Positions 50,433 through 59,374 of a stretch of 64,000 bases of DNA are shown piece after piece. Source of the DNA: Patescibacteria group bacterium (GTDB lineage: Bacteria > Patescibacteriota > Minisyncoccia > Phycocordibacterales > SIBU01); NCBI GenBank assembly GCA_040390045.1, contig JAZJZC010000005.1, positions 3,360 through 67,359 on the forward strand, in the 5' to 3' direction. The number at the start of each line of letters is the position of its first letter. The stretch's first letter is position 1. Below the pieces are notes generated by a model. That model made no database searches. It was not told the DNA's origin and saw nothing but the letters and a program-made list of their open reading frames with translations. Position numbers and translations under genes: made by a program.

Positions 50433-50685
50433 CTGATTTTTTCGGTGTTTCTTTTTCTATTGTGTTGCTGAATTTTTGAATGGTTTTGATCATGCCGACA
50501 ATTGAAATTAAAAATCCAAAAGCGGCCAGTCCTAAAAATATCCAAGGTTTCGTTCCGAACTGTGTGTCGAGCCATTTTCCCGCCACAAGAGCGAAAATGA
50601 CGGGCGCGGCAATCCAAACGGAAATTTTTGAAAATATTTCTACCGCCGGTTCCCACCAGGGTTGTTTTCCGCTGTCTTGTTCCAC
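50407..50685 (-). CDS. atpZ: AtpZ/AtpI-family protein
   Basis: G.WLD.QFGTKPW with two TM helices; first gene of the atp operon. Confidence 0.88.
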   Translation of the reverse strand: MEQDSGKQPWWEPAVEIFSKISVWIAAPVIFALVAGKWLDTQFGTKPWIFLGLAAFGFLISIVGMIKTIQKFSNTIEKETPKKSDDSANNKA

Positions 50686-50857
50686 GTCGGCATTTTAGCA
50701 AAACATAGCGATATTCTCAAGGGTTTGGAGAATTAAGGCTGAATTTCAAAAGAGGGGATCATTCGTGCGGTCAGATAGTGGTTTTGGTATTTAGTTATCC
50801 ACAGCTGACAACAAAAATTCAATTGTGGAATTTGTGTGACCTTGTTAAAATATGATT

Positions 50858-51142
50858 ATGAAAAAAGAGCTGAACAAGAAAATTTCATTAGAAGATTTAG
50901 CGGGAATGGTTGCCCGGGGATTTTCGGATGTCGATAGGAGGTTTGAGAAGCAAGAAAATAACATCGAAGCTTTTAAGGTTGAAACTCGGGAAAATTTCAA
51001 ACAGGTAGAAGAAAATTTTAAAAAAGTTCGAAATGATATCCTCGACATCGGTGACAAATTTGTCCGCCGAAACGAATTTGACACACTCCTTGTTCGCGTC
51101 GGTCGTCTTGAGCAGAAAGTTTCAGGAAAATCGGGGAAATAA
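50858..51142 (+). CDS. small coiled-coil protein
   Basis: EDLAGMVARGF..VD.RFE heptads; ATG 6 nt after TGnTAAAAT. Confidence 0.75.
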   Translation: MKKELNKKISLEDLAGMVARGFSDVDRRFEKQENNIEAFKVETRENFKQVEENFKKVRNDILDIGDKFVRRNEFDTLLVRVGRLEQKVSGKSGK

Positions 51143-51190
51143 ATTTTTAATAAAAAACCACTCGCGGGATTGCGGGTGGCGCAGATGATT

Positions 51191-51544
51191 TTAGGCTGAC
51201 TTAGCCTTGACCAAGATTACCGGTGGAAGGCTTTTCGGCCGGCTGATGGTCACGACATTCAGGAAAAAGTCTTCGGGGATGGCGTTGATGTCGATACCGG
51301 TTATCAACTTGTAGGCGGCGCGGGTTTTGGGTCCGAAATTGCCGTCGACATCATCTCCGGTAAATCCCATTTCTACCTGGAGGTTTCTTACCCCCAGAGC
51401 AGTTTGTTCCCCGTAGTCACCGTCGGGAACGATACCAGCGTTGTGTCCTCCTGCGAGTAGCAAGAGTTGGAGAAGCCGGATTGTTCCGACCGGTCCCTTG
51501 CTACCTTTGTTGAGGTATTGAGGGAAGAAAGGTAAGGCGGTCAT
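51191..51544 (-). CDS. peptidoglycan-binding domain protein
   Basis: L.KGSKG..IRLLQ..L, DGDYG.QT, VDGNFGPKT. Confidence 0.85.
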   Translation of the reverse strand: MTALPFFPQYLNKGSKGPVGTIRLLQLLLLAGGHNAGIVPDGDYGEQTALGVRNLQVEMGFTGDDVDGNFGPKTRAAYKLITGIDINAIPEDFFLNVVTISRPKSLPPVILVKAKSA

Positions 51545-51693
51545 AATTTTGCGTTTTTTGTTTTTTGGGAACTAGCAGTCAAAACTGGCGTTACGGTATC
51601 ATTACAGTAGAGAACCGTCAATTTTTTCAGTTATTATCCAGATTGGAGGATCAAAAAAATTGCAAGAAAAAACCCAGACACAAAGTGCTAGGG

Positions 51694-52047
51694 TTATGGG
51701 GCTACGAAACGTGAACCAACCATCAATCGACTCCCGTTTCCTGTCAGGACTCCATAATCAAGGTCTATGTCCACGTCAGGGCCCGTGACCAAGTAGGGCG
51801 AGAAATACTGATTGAAACGAGCGATCGTTGATCGTCCGTGTTCGTGTTGCAGGTCGGTGTTGAGACCGAAGTCGAGTCCTTTTTGCCAAGGCACTTCCTC
51901 ACAAAAGCTGCCCACGCTTCGGAATGCCTCCAGAAAACCCGCCACGATGCTTTCTGATTGGGCGATGCAAGCTGTCGGTACGTTCAAGGTACACCTCACT
52001 CTGCCGCCAACAAATACAGCGGCGCCAGCGATTGAAATACGTTCCAT
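51694..52047 (-). CDS. orphan hypothetical protein
   Basis: ORF with own TTGACT-17-TAGTCT promoter and downstream hairpin. Confidence 0.55.
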   Translation of the reverse strand: MERISIAGAAVFVGGRVRCTLNVPTACIAQSESIVAGFLEAFRSVGSFCEEVPWQKGLDFGLNTDLQHEHGRSTIARFNQYFSPYLVTGPDVDIDLDYGVLTGNGSRLMVGSRFVAP

Positions 52048-52120
52048 AATACATTTAACTTTCCTTCAAACTAGCTCGTAGACTACTTCTAGGGCCATTT
52101 GAAGTCAAGAAAAATTTAAT

Positions 52121-52831
52121 CTAAGAGAGGTTTAGTGATTTCAGAAATTTTTCCAATTCTTTATCGACAATGGCGCGGCTTTTGTTGGGAGTCAGTTTGC
52201 CGAGTTCGATGTTGGTGACGCGGGTGCGTTTGAGTTCTTTGACGGAAACGCCGAGCGCTTCGGTCATGCGCTTGACTTGATGGTTTTTGCCTTCAGTGAT
52301 GACAATCGAAAAATGATGGTCATCGAGGAGTTCTACTTCGACAGGTTTGGCGGGTGTAGCTTCGCCGATGTCGACACCTTTTTCTAATTTTTCGATAAAC
52401 ATTTCAGTGAGCTCGCGTTCGGTTTCGACAACGTATTCTTTTTCATGCGCGTATTTGGGATTGAGCAAGCGGTCGGTGATTCTGCCATCGTTGGTGAGAA
52501 TTATCAATCCTTCGGAATTTTTATCGAGTCGGCCGATAGGGAACAGTCCTTCCATTTCAAAAATGTCAGCAATTTCTTTTTCTTCTGTGGTGGGGTTTAA
52601 AGTGACGTAGCCTTTGGGTTTGTAGTAGGCGAGGTAGCGGCGCGCCTCGGAAGGCGCGCCGCCCTTTACCTCAACTTTGTCTTCTTCTCCCACCTTTTGC
52701 CCGAGCACCGCCTTTTTACCATTAACAAAAACCTTTCCCGCTTCAATTAATTCATCTGCGCCCTTTCTGGTCGCGAAACCTTTATCCGCAAGATGCTTGT
52801 TGATTCGAATTTTTTTATCTTCATTTTCCAT
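52121..52831 (-). CDS. S4-domain pseudouridine synthase (RsuA/RluF family)
   Basis: RINKHLA, GRLDKNSEGL, EKEYVV, EGKNHQVKRM. Confidence 0.95.
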   Translation of the reverse strand: MENEDKKIRINKHLADKGFATRKGADELIEAGKVFVNGKKAVLGQKVGEEDKVEVKGGAPSEARRYLAYYKPKGYVTLNPTTEEKEIADIFEMEGLFPIGRLDKNSEGLIILTNDGRITDRLLNPKYAHEKEYVVETERELTEMFIEKLEKGVDIGEATPAKPVEVELLDDHHFSIVITEGKNHQVKRMTEALGVSVKELKRTRVTNIELGKLTPNKSRAIVDKELEKFLKSLNLS

Positions 52832-52976
52832 GAGCTCATTCTAAACGGTTGCGCGGTTTTACGCCACTTTTGATTTGCCAAATTGACACTGTTTTTAATT
52901 AGAGATAGTCTGGCATCAGACTTGTTCTATGGAAAAACAAGTGCAGTAAAAAACACTTAAAACAGAAGGAAACACG

Positions 52977-54137
52977 ATGAGCACAAAAACAGCTCCGGCC
53001 TACGCCAATGATGGTGTGGACTTGGACGCGGGCGATAGTTTCAGTACGTTTGCCGGCAGGATTTGCCGAGTTAGCTATGAGAACAGTCCTTACGTCAAGG
53101 TTCGGGATTGGTCGGCTGGGCAATTTCGCGGGCCGCGAACTTTTAAACTCCGCGGGCTCTCAAACGATTGCGAATTGAGCCTCGATCCGGACGGTAATGG
53201 AACCAAGGTAGGTATCACAAGCACTGCCAAAACTCCTCTCGATTCAGCCGCCGACCTTTTTGAAATGACCGCTATGGATGGAGTTCGCTACGGTGGGAAG
53301 CCGGCTGTGTTCGTCAATCAACTTGATGCCTCATCGCTCGGAGATGAAGGCACGCCAAAAAACGAGTTCTTTCGAGACCTCTTGGTGGGACTTGGCGTAG
53401 TTGCCGCTGAGCAGCAGGTTGTGCTTCTCAAGGGAGAGACGGCTGAAATGGGAGCTTTCGTGTCATCTGAAGATCCGAATGCCCTGGCAAAATATTTGTG
53501 GTGTGGAACTATGCTTTCTATTTACCATCCACAAGCTTGCATTAATGGAAGTAGTCTCAGGCCCGGTCAGACTGTGGTTGCGTTGCCGGAGTTTGGTTTG
53601 CGTGCCAATGGTGGCAGTTCCGCTCGGAAGGCTTTCGCCATGCGTTACGGTCCAGATTGGTACGAGAATTATACTGCTGTGGACGATATTGCGGCTGCAG
53701 CGGTTCCCTCAACTCCGTACGGGAATTTTCTTACCGACGTCAATGGTTGGAATTCACTCGAAGATGGCGCACCAGCTCCCTTGATTCGAGTTTCTGCAAT
53801 CGCGCATATCACTGGCGGTGGCATTCCCTCGAAGTTTTTCAGCGGTTTATTGAAACCTCTCGGTCTGTCGGCAGAACTGAGTGATCTGCCTGAACCGCCG
53901 GAGATCATGCGTAAGCTTGCGCAATGGCGAGGTGTTTCTGGAAAAGAACCCTACGACATCTGGCACGGTGGCCCCGGGGCGCTGGTGGTTCTCGACGAGG
54001 CAGATGTTCTTGAGTTTGTTGCCGCGGCGAAAATTTTTGGCATTGAGGCCAAACCTGCAGGGGTGATTACCCAACCCGGCACGCCGAGTCTCTCCATCAC
54101 TTCCAAGTTTGACGGAGAGAAGCTTGTTTGGCACTAG
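52977..54137 (+). CDS. purM: divergent phosphoribosylformylglycinamidine cyclo-ligase (AIR synthetase)
   Basis: Y..DGVDLDAG, DGNGTK, GETAEM, GLRANG, AHITGGG. Confidence 0.82.
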   Translation: MSTKTAPAYANDGVDLDAGDSFSTFAGRICRVSYENSPYVKVRDWSAGQFRGPRTFKLRGLSNDCELSLDPDGNGTKVGITSTAKTPLDSAADLFEMTAMDGVRYGGKPAVFVNQLDASSLGDEGTPKNEFFRDLLVGLGVVAAEQQVVLLKGETAEMGAFVSSEDPNALAKYLWCGTMLSIYHPQACINGSSLRPGQTVVALPEFGLRANGGSSARKAFAMRYGPDWYENYTAVDDIAAAAVPSTPYGNFLTDVNGWNSLEDGAPAPLIRVSAIAHITGGGIPSKFFSGLLKPLGLSAELSDLPEPPEIMRKLAQWRGVSGKEPYDIWHGGPGALVVLDEADVLEFVAAAKIFGIEAKPAGVITQPGTPSLSITSKFDGEKLVWH

Positions 54138-54237
54138 TTTCGGTTTGCAAAGTTTTTAAGTTCAAGATCCGATTCGTCGGGTCTTTTTTATATCGAATTT
54201 TTGGGTTATAGTTGATTTAGAAAACCACTGAAAAATC

Positions 54238-54564
54238 ATGAGTGACAACTTAAAAATCGTATTGTTTTTCGCGGCTTTTCCTCTTCTGTATGTTCTCATA
54301 TTATGGACAAGGCGGGATTCACGCAAGCAACTCTCTAATCTTAAAGCCCAATGTGAAGGAGGTTCTCAACATGAGGGTGCTCAATCCGCAGAACTACGAG
54401 ACGAGTTTCTCTTCCGATTGAGAGAACACGTAAAGTTATTTCCAGAAGATGTTGAATCCAGGGATTTCGAAATTTCTGGTGACACCTGCACCCTTTTAAT
54501 TCGCATCCGCGTACCCCAATCTTTCGGATCTTTAGGAAAGATCTCCACCCCCACAGCAGCTTAG
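54238..54564 (+). CDS. orphan membrane-anchored protein
   Basis: N-terminal TM helix. Confidence 0.6.
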   Translation: MSDNLKIVLFFAAFPLLYVLILWTRRDSRKQLSNLKAQCEGGSQHEGAQSAELRDEFLFRLREHVKLFPEDVESRDFEISGDTCTLLIRIRVPQSFGSLGKISTPTAA

Positions 54565-54597
54565 CTTTGGGGGATTTTTTTATGATATACTTTTCAT

Positions 54598-54795
54598 ATG
54601 AACGAAGATATTTTAAAAAAACTACAAGAGCAAGACGCGAAACTCGAGGCAATTTTTCAATCGAGTGAAAAGATGCGAAAGTATTTTTTGTGGACACTCA
54701 TTATTTCTGTTGGCATGATTGTGTTGCCGCTCATCGGCATTGCCTTTGTCTTGCCGTCGTTTTTCAATAGTTTGGTGTTACCGGAAGGGCTGTAG
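54598..54795 (+). CDS. small membrane protein
   Basis: Coiled coil plus TM segment; ATG 6 nt after TGnTATACT. Confidence 0.75.
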   Translation: MNEDILKKLQEQDAKLEAIFQSSEKMRKYFLWTLIISVGMIVLPLIGIAFVLPSFFNSLVLPEGL

Positions 54796-54842
54796 AGTAA
54801 GTTGGGAAGTTTTAAAGTTTAGAAGTCTGGAAGTTTAAGGGA

Positions 54843-54877
54843 AAAACTGCCGGCGCGCTCTGCGCGCCGGCAGTTTT
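54843..54877. terminator. intrinsic terminator
   Basis: aaaactgccggcgcgc-tct-gcgcgccggcagtttt. Confidence 0.75.
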
Positions 54878-54942
54878 CTAGTTACCTCATTTTATAGTAT
54901 AGTAGTAGAAAATAATGTAGCGAAGCGGAGTATATTTTCTTG

Positions 54943-55050
54943 ACCCCCTCACTTGAAACTACTTTTGAACATTTATTGCCATACATAAATAATGTGGTAA
55001 AAATGGTTAAGGTCAGACGGCCTTAATTAACAAGTTTCAAGTGAGGGGGT
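54943..55050. repeat. 108-bp element bounded by 18-bp perfect inverted repeats
   Basis: accccctcacttgaaact (54943-54960) / agtttcaagtgagggggt (55033-55050), with two internal hairpins. Confidence 0.75.
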
Positions 55051-55089
55051 GATGATTTTTATATTTGCTGCGCTCATTAAAAATCAATC

Positions 55090-55680
55090 ATGTTTTCTAT
55101 TCCTATTATCTACTTTATTACCACGTACGGGTATGTTGCGATTTTAATCGGATCGTTTTTTGAGGGCGAAATGATTTTGGTTCTCGGTGGATTGGCGGTT
55201 CAGCACGGATTGCTTAACCTGCCCTTAGTTTTCGCTTGTTCTTTGTTCGGTACACTGACGAGTGACATCAGTTTTTTTCTTTTAGGGAGATACAAGGGAA
55301 AAGTTCTTATTCACAAATATAAATTTTTTAGCAAATTGCACATGGTTTCAGAAAAGATGTCCGGAAGAAAAGCACCTTTTTTAGCTTTTGGTCTGCGTTT
55401 TATGTACGGTTTCAGACACCTTGTGCCGTTTAGTCTTGGTATGTCTTCAATCCCCACTAGAACTTTTTTACTTTTTAATTTTCTCGGCGGATTGACATGG
55501 GTGCTCAGTGTTGGATTTGTTGGTTATTTTTTTGGCGATGTTTTGGAAATTTTCTTAGGACATTTGAGACATTATGAATTTAGAGTTATTGTCATTGTAC
55601 TTGTCAGTGTTTTAGTCGGAAGATTTTTGTACAAACTTTTAAAATATTTTTTAAAAAAGTATATGAATAGAAATCAATAA
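55090..55680 (+). CDS. DedA family membrane protein
   Basis: YGY, FFEGE, SD..F.LGR, RFMYGFR, FN.LG...W. Confidence 0.9.
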   Translation: MFSIPIIYFITTYGYVAILIGSFFEGEMILVLGGLAVQHGLLNLPLVFACSLFGTLTSDISFFLLGRYKGKVLIHKYKFFSKLHMVSEKMSGRKAPFLAFGLRFMYGFRHLVPFSLGMSSIPTRTFLLFNFLGGLTWVLSVGFVGYFFGDVLEIFLGHLRHYEFRVIVIVLVSVLVGRFLYKLLKYFLKKYMNRNQ

Positions 55681-55682
55681 GT

Positions 55683-56477
55683 ATGGCAAATTCTAAAAAA
55701 AATCAAGCCGAATCGAAGGAGTCCGAAACATCCTGGGGAGGTGTTGCCAACTGGTATGATGATTTACTTGAGTCCGGCGAAGGCACCTATCAAAGCGACT
55801 TAATTTTGCCCAACGTGTTACGCTTACTTGAAATCAAATCTGGGCAATCCGTGCTCGATCTCGCCTGCGGCCAGGGATTTTTCTCCCGTGAATTTTTTAA
55901 AGTAGGCGCGGCCGTTTCAGGTTCTGACATTTCTCCGAATTTAATTGCGCTTGCCCAGAAAAACTCGCCAAAAAACATTGAGTATTTTGTTGCTCCCGCA
56001 GACAAACTTGTCTTTGCCAAATCAGAATCGAAGGATGCCGTTGTTTGTATTTTGGCTATTCAAAATATTGAAAATGCGCCAGCAGTTTTATCTGAAGCCT
56101 TCCGCGTCTTGAAGAAAGGTGGAAAATTTCTCATGGTGATGAATCATCCCACGTTTCGCATTGCCAAACGCTCGAGTTGGGGATTTGATGAAAAATTAAA
56201 AATTCAGTACCGACGACTCGATGAATATATTTCTGAATCGAAAACTGAGATCGCAATGCATCCCGGATCAGATCCCGCCTCCGCGACAGTTTCATTTCAT
56301 CATCCTTTGCAATATTATTTTAAGGCGCTCTACAAGGCTGGATTTTTGGTGAGTAGACTTGAAGAATGGAATTCAGGAAAGACGAGCCAGCCTGGTCCTC
56401 GCGCGGGGGCGGAAAATAAAGCGAGAAGTGAATTTCCTCTTTTTTTGACACTCGAGGCTCGGAAGCCTCTGCGCTAA
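55683..56477 (+). CDS. class I SAM-dependent methyltransferase
   Basis: VLDLACGQG, D.S, RVLKKGG, NHP.F. Confidence 0.92.
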   Translation: MANSKKNQAESKESETSWGGVANWYDDLLESGEGTYQSDLILPNVLRLLEIKSGQSVLDLACGQGFFSREFFKVGAAVSGSDISPNLIALAQKNSPKNIEYFVAPADKLVFAKSESKDAVVCILAIQNIENAPAVLSEAFRVLKKGGKFLMVMNHPTFRIAKRSSWGFDEKLKIQYRRLDEYISESKTEIAMHPGSDPASATVSFHHPLQYYFKALYKAGFLVSRLEEWNSGKTSQPGPRAGAENKARSEFPLFLTLEARKPLR

Positions 56478-56582
56478 TACTAATATACGAATTATACTAA
56501 TACTACTAATAACTACGAATAAAATCTCGCTAGCAAACATTAGTAGTTATTCGTAGATTCGTATTCATTAGTATATTGGTAT
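56475..56582 (+). repeat. ~107-bp fold-back intergenic element, copy 1
   Basis: Matches the reverse complement of 61406-61511 except the loop and 3 substitutions. Confidence 0.9.
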
Positions 56583-56589
56583 AAAGAAT

Positions 56590-57165
56590 ATGATTGCAAA
56601 TTTTCCACCATATATTCTGAAAAGAAACTCCCGAAGTCGTAACCTGCGAATTTCCGTAAGGGCTGGCGGGGAAGTTTTGGTTAGTGCGCCACTTTTTGTT
56701 TCCGATGTGCGAATTGAACAATTTTTGAAAGATCGCTCTTCTTGGATAGAAAAGTACGTCGAAAAATATAAAAAAATTCCTAAGGTTCACAGATTGACTG
56801 CCTCTCAAGAAAAAAAGTTATTTGTTTTGCATAAGGCAAGGGCTTATGAGTTGGCCAAAGAAAAAGTTGAAAACTTTAATCGGTATTTCGGGTTTCCGGT
56901 TGGAAAAATAATGATTCGGAACAGTAAGACACGATGGGGGAGTTGTTCAAGCAAACGAACGCTTAGTTTTAATTACAAAATCGCCTTTTTGCCGGAACAT
57001 TTGGCGGATTATCTTGTGGTACACGAGCTTTGCCATCTCAAGGAAGCTAATCATCGAAAAACATTTTGGGCTTTGATGGCTCAGAAAATTCCAGAATATA
57101 AAATGCATCGCCGAGAACTTCGCGGGTTTGAACTGACTTTCCCGCTGACTTCCGTCGGTGTATAA
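56590..57165 (+). CDS. YgjP/M48-like zinc metalloprotease-fold protein
   Basis: KTRWGSCS, YLVVHELCHL.E.NH...FW. Confidence 0.92.
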   Translation: MIANFPPYILKRNSRSRNLRISVRAGGEVLVSAPLFVSDVRIEQFLKDRSSWIEKYVEKYKKIPKVHRLTASQEKKLFVLHKARAYELAKEKVENFNRYFGFPVGKIMIRNSKTRWGSCSSKRTLSFNYKIAFLPEHLADYLVVHELCHLKEANHRKTFWALMAQKIPEYKMHRRELRGFELTFPLTSVGV

Positions 57166-57203
57166 TCTGATGACTAATTACTAACATACTAATTTACTAT
57201 TTT

Positions 57204-57374
57204 ATGACCCATTATGTTTGCACCGGCAGTTGTGGTAACGAGGCCAACTCACCCGGCGTTTGCGAGTCACAATTTTGTTCAAAAGAAGGAAAGCCGCTTA
57301 GTGAATGCAGTTGCGAGGATCATTCCCACACAAAAATAAATGATGTTCCTGAGGGGGAAGATATTGCTCAATAA
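57204..57374 (+). CDS. 56-aa Cys/His-rich protein (not in the ORF track)
   Basis: Hand translation MTHYVCTGSCGNEANSPGVCESQFCSKEGKPLSECSCEDHSHTKINDVPEGEDIAQ. Confidence 0.7.
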   Translation: MTHYVCTGSCGNEANSPGVCESQFCSKEGKPLSECSCEDHSHTKINDVPEGEDIAQ

Positions 57375-57407
57375 AGCTCTAAGCTGCAAGCTATCAGCTT
57401 ATAGCTT

Positions 57408-58577
57408 CTACCGAGTGTCCTCTAATTCCAAACTCGAGTAGAGACCGAAAAACATAATTATCGCCAAAACGATAAACAGATATTTTATCGGTAACTCAAA
57501 GGCAAAAAGGACGGTGGCTAAGAGTGGTCCTGCAATATAAGCCCAGGGTCTCGTGGTTCGGAAGATGCCGATAATATTGGCCTTTTCGGAATTAACTTTT
57601 TTGAAAAAATAGGTTTCGCTCATGATTTCCACCATCGATGCGCCTACGCGGCTCATAAAAAGAATACTGGTCCACATGATGAAACTCTTTGCTTGAATAA
57701 AAGCAATCATGCCGGTGGCGAGCGCCATGATGATAAAACCAATTGACATCACTTCTTTTTCTCCCCATCGACTATCAGCCAGTTTGCCGAGCGGCGCTTC
57801 GGTAATAATAAAAGGTAGGAGCATAATGCTAAACATCACCCCAATTTCTTTCCAGCTGAAGCCGATGTGGGTGTACAGATAGATTGGCGTGTAAATCACC
57901 ATCCACGAATAGAAAAATTGAAGCAGGAAGCTAACAGTAAACACGTGCCGAATATTTTTTTCAGCAAAAATTTCCCGAGCGGTTTTTTTAAACGGAATAA
58001 TTTTGTACACTGGGTCATTGAAATCTTTCAGGTTGTTGCGCAAAAGAATAAATACCGGAATGAGCAAAATGGCAGCGGCGAGGAAAATTTTCCAGTAGTC
58101 GCCATCGGTTAAAATAAAACTGGCAATCAGGGGTGAAATGATCCAGGCTGTGTTTGAGATGGAAAGGAAATTGCCGCGGATTTTTCCGGTAACCGAATCA
58201 CTGGTAAAACGTTCCAGAAAAACGTCAATGTTGAAGCTCACGAGTGCTCCTGAAATGAAACTGAGAACAAAGAAGGTTGAAATTAAAATGTCATTTTGGG
58301 TTATGAAAAGGCCGATTAAGGAAAGAAAATCTACCAAAAGTAAACTCAAGATCGTGTTGTAGTTGCCAAAACGACGCAATATTTTTGGAATAATAGAAAA
58401 AGCGCCGATGGTGAGTGCCGACGAGATAATATAGAGAAGGCCGACAAAGCGCTCGGTAGTAAAATGCGCCAGATAGGTGGAGTTGATATAGGAAGGCAGA
58501 GAAATGTTGAGTGCAAAGAGAAAGCCTAACAGGTAAATGACGAAGACGTTTGACTGTACTTTTTTTTCGGAATCCAT
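57408..58577 (-). CDS. MFS transporter
   Basis: 12-TM pattern; GKLADSRWGEK motif A-like. Confidence 0.9.
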   Translation of the reverse strand: MDSEKKVQSNVFVIYLLGFLFALNISLPSYINSTYLAHFTTERFVGLLYIISSALTIGAFSIIPKILRRFGNYNTILSLLLVDFLSLIGLFITQNDILISTFFVLSFISGALVSFNIDVFLERFTSDSVTGKIRGNFLSISNTAWIISPLIASFILTDGDYWKIFLAAAILLIPVFILLRNNLKDFNDPVYKIIPFKKTAREIFAEKNIRHVFTVSFLLQFFYSWMVIYTPIYLYTHIGFSWKEIGVMFSIMLLPFIITEAPLGKLADSRWGEKEVMSIGFIIMALATGMIAFIQAKSFIMWTSILFMSRVGASMVEIMSETYFFKKVNSEKANIIGIFRTTRPWAYIAGPLLATVLFAFELPIKYLFIVLAIIMFFGLYSSLELEDTR

Positions 58578-58797
58578 GGTTAGAAATTATATCACGGCGT
58601 ACGAGAGTGAGTAATGGATACTTACGAAATAGAGCCTGTAGTTAATTCAGAATTTTCTCTCGAGAGATGCGGTTTCATACCGCTGATTAAAATTTGTACG
58701 ATATCTACCTGACAACATTCAGGCGAATAGCCTAGAATTTATGTATTTCTTGCAGCCGCAACAAATACATAAATTTTAATAGAGACCTCCTTTTCCC

Positions 58798-58839
58798 ACA
58801 CACACTAATTGTATGCTATAGCATACAATTAGTGTGTGT
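58798..58839. repeat. 42-bp perfect palindrome
   Basis: acacacactaattgtatgcta|tagcatacaattagtgtgtgt. Confidence 0.85.
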
Positions 58840-58958
58840 TGAAAATCTAAGAAATTGGGAGATTTAGTGAGGTGTAGAAATTGCTTTATGTTTGACAAAG
58901 TTTTTAGAAAATGTACGGTTACGGCAGAAGGAAAGAAGCTTGAACCAACAAGAAAATT

Positions 58959-59312
58959 ATGAGCAACGTGACGTTTATAAATCTGACCGGAAAGATTGTG
59001 CGGATTCTGAACGGTGTCGACCGGATCACTGTCATTCGGGAGATTCCAAGAACTTTGAGCGGGCCTCTGGAGGTTTCGGAAACGGCGCAAAGGAAGATGG
59101 TGTTTGGTCGCATTCCGGTATTGCGGCCGGCTGAAAAGCGTATCACCAACCTTCCGCACGCTGAACTCGAAAAGGGTTACTACTTTGTAGTCCCTCGCGC
59201 CTTGAAAGCCTTTGTGCCACCGGCACGCGTTGATGTTTTGTGCCCGGGAGTTGATAGTTGTTTTCTCGAGGACGACACAGTGATCACCTGCTCCTTTTTG
59301 GAGGGTGTATAA
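58959..59312 (+). CDS. orphan, possibly virus-related small protein
   Basis: INLT..., LP...G.Y.VV.......R.DVL.PG pattern; own TTGACA promoter. Confidence 0.6.
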   Translation: MSNVTFINLTGKIVRILNGVDRITVIREIPRTLSGPLEVSETAQRKMVFGRIPVLRPAEKRITNLPHAELEKGYYFVVPRALKAFVPPARVDVLCPGVDSCFLEDDTVITCSFLEGV

Positions 59313-59374
59313 AATCCCGCGCATCTCGCGACTAAATGTGTAAACTTTCTGGAATAGCCAGGAAGTTTTTTTAT

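Noticed and set aside
50795-50803. Replication origin at the perfect DnaA box TTATCCACA
   Set aside because: Single box with no cluster and no dnaA/dnaN nearby.
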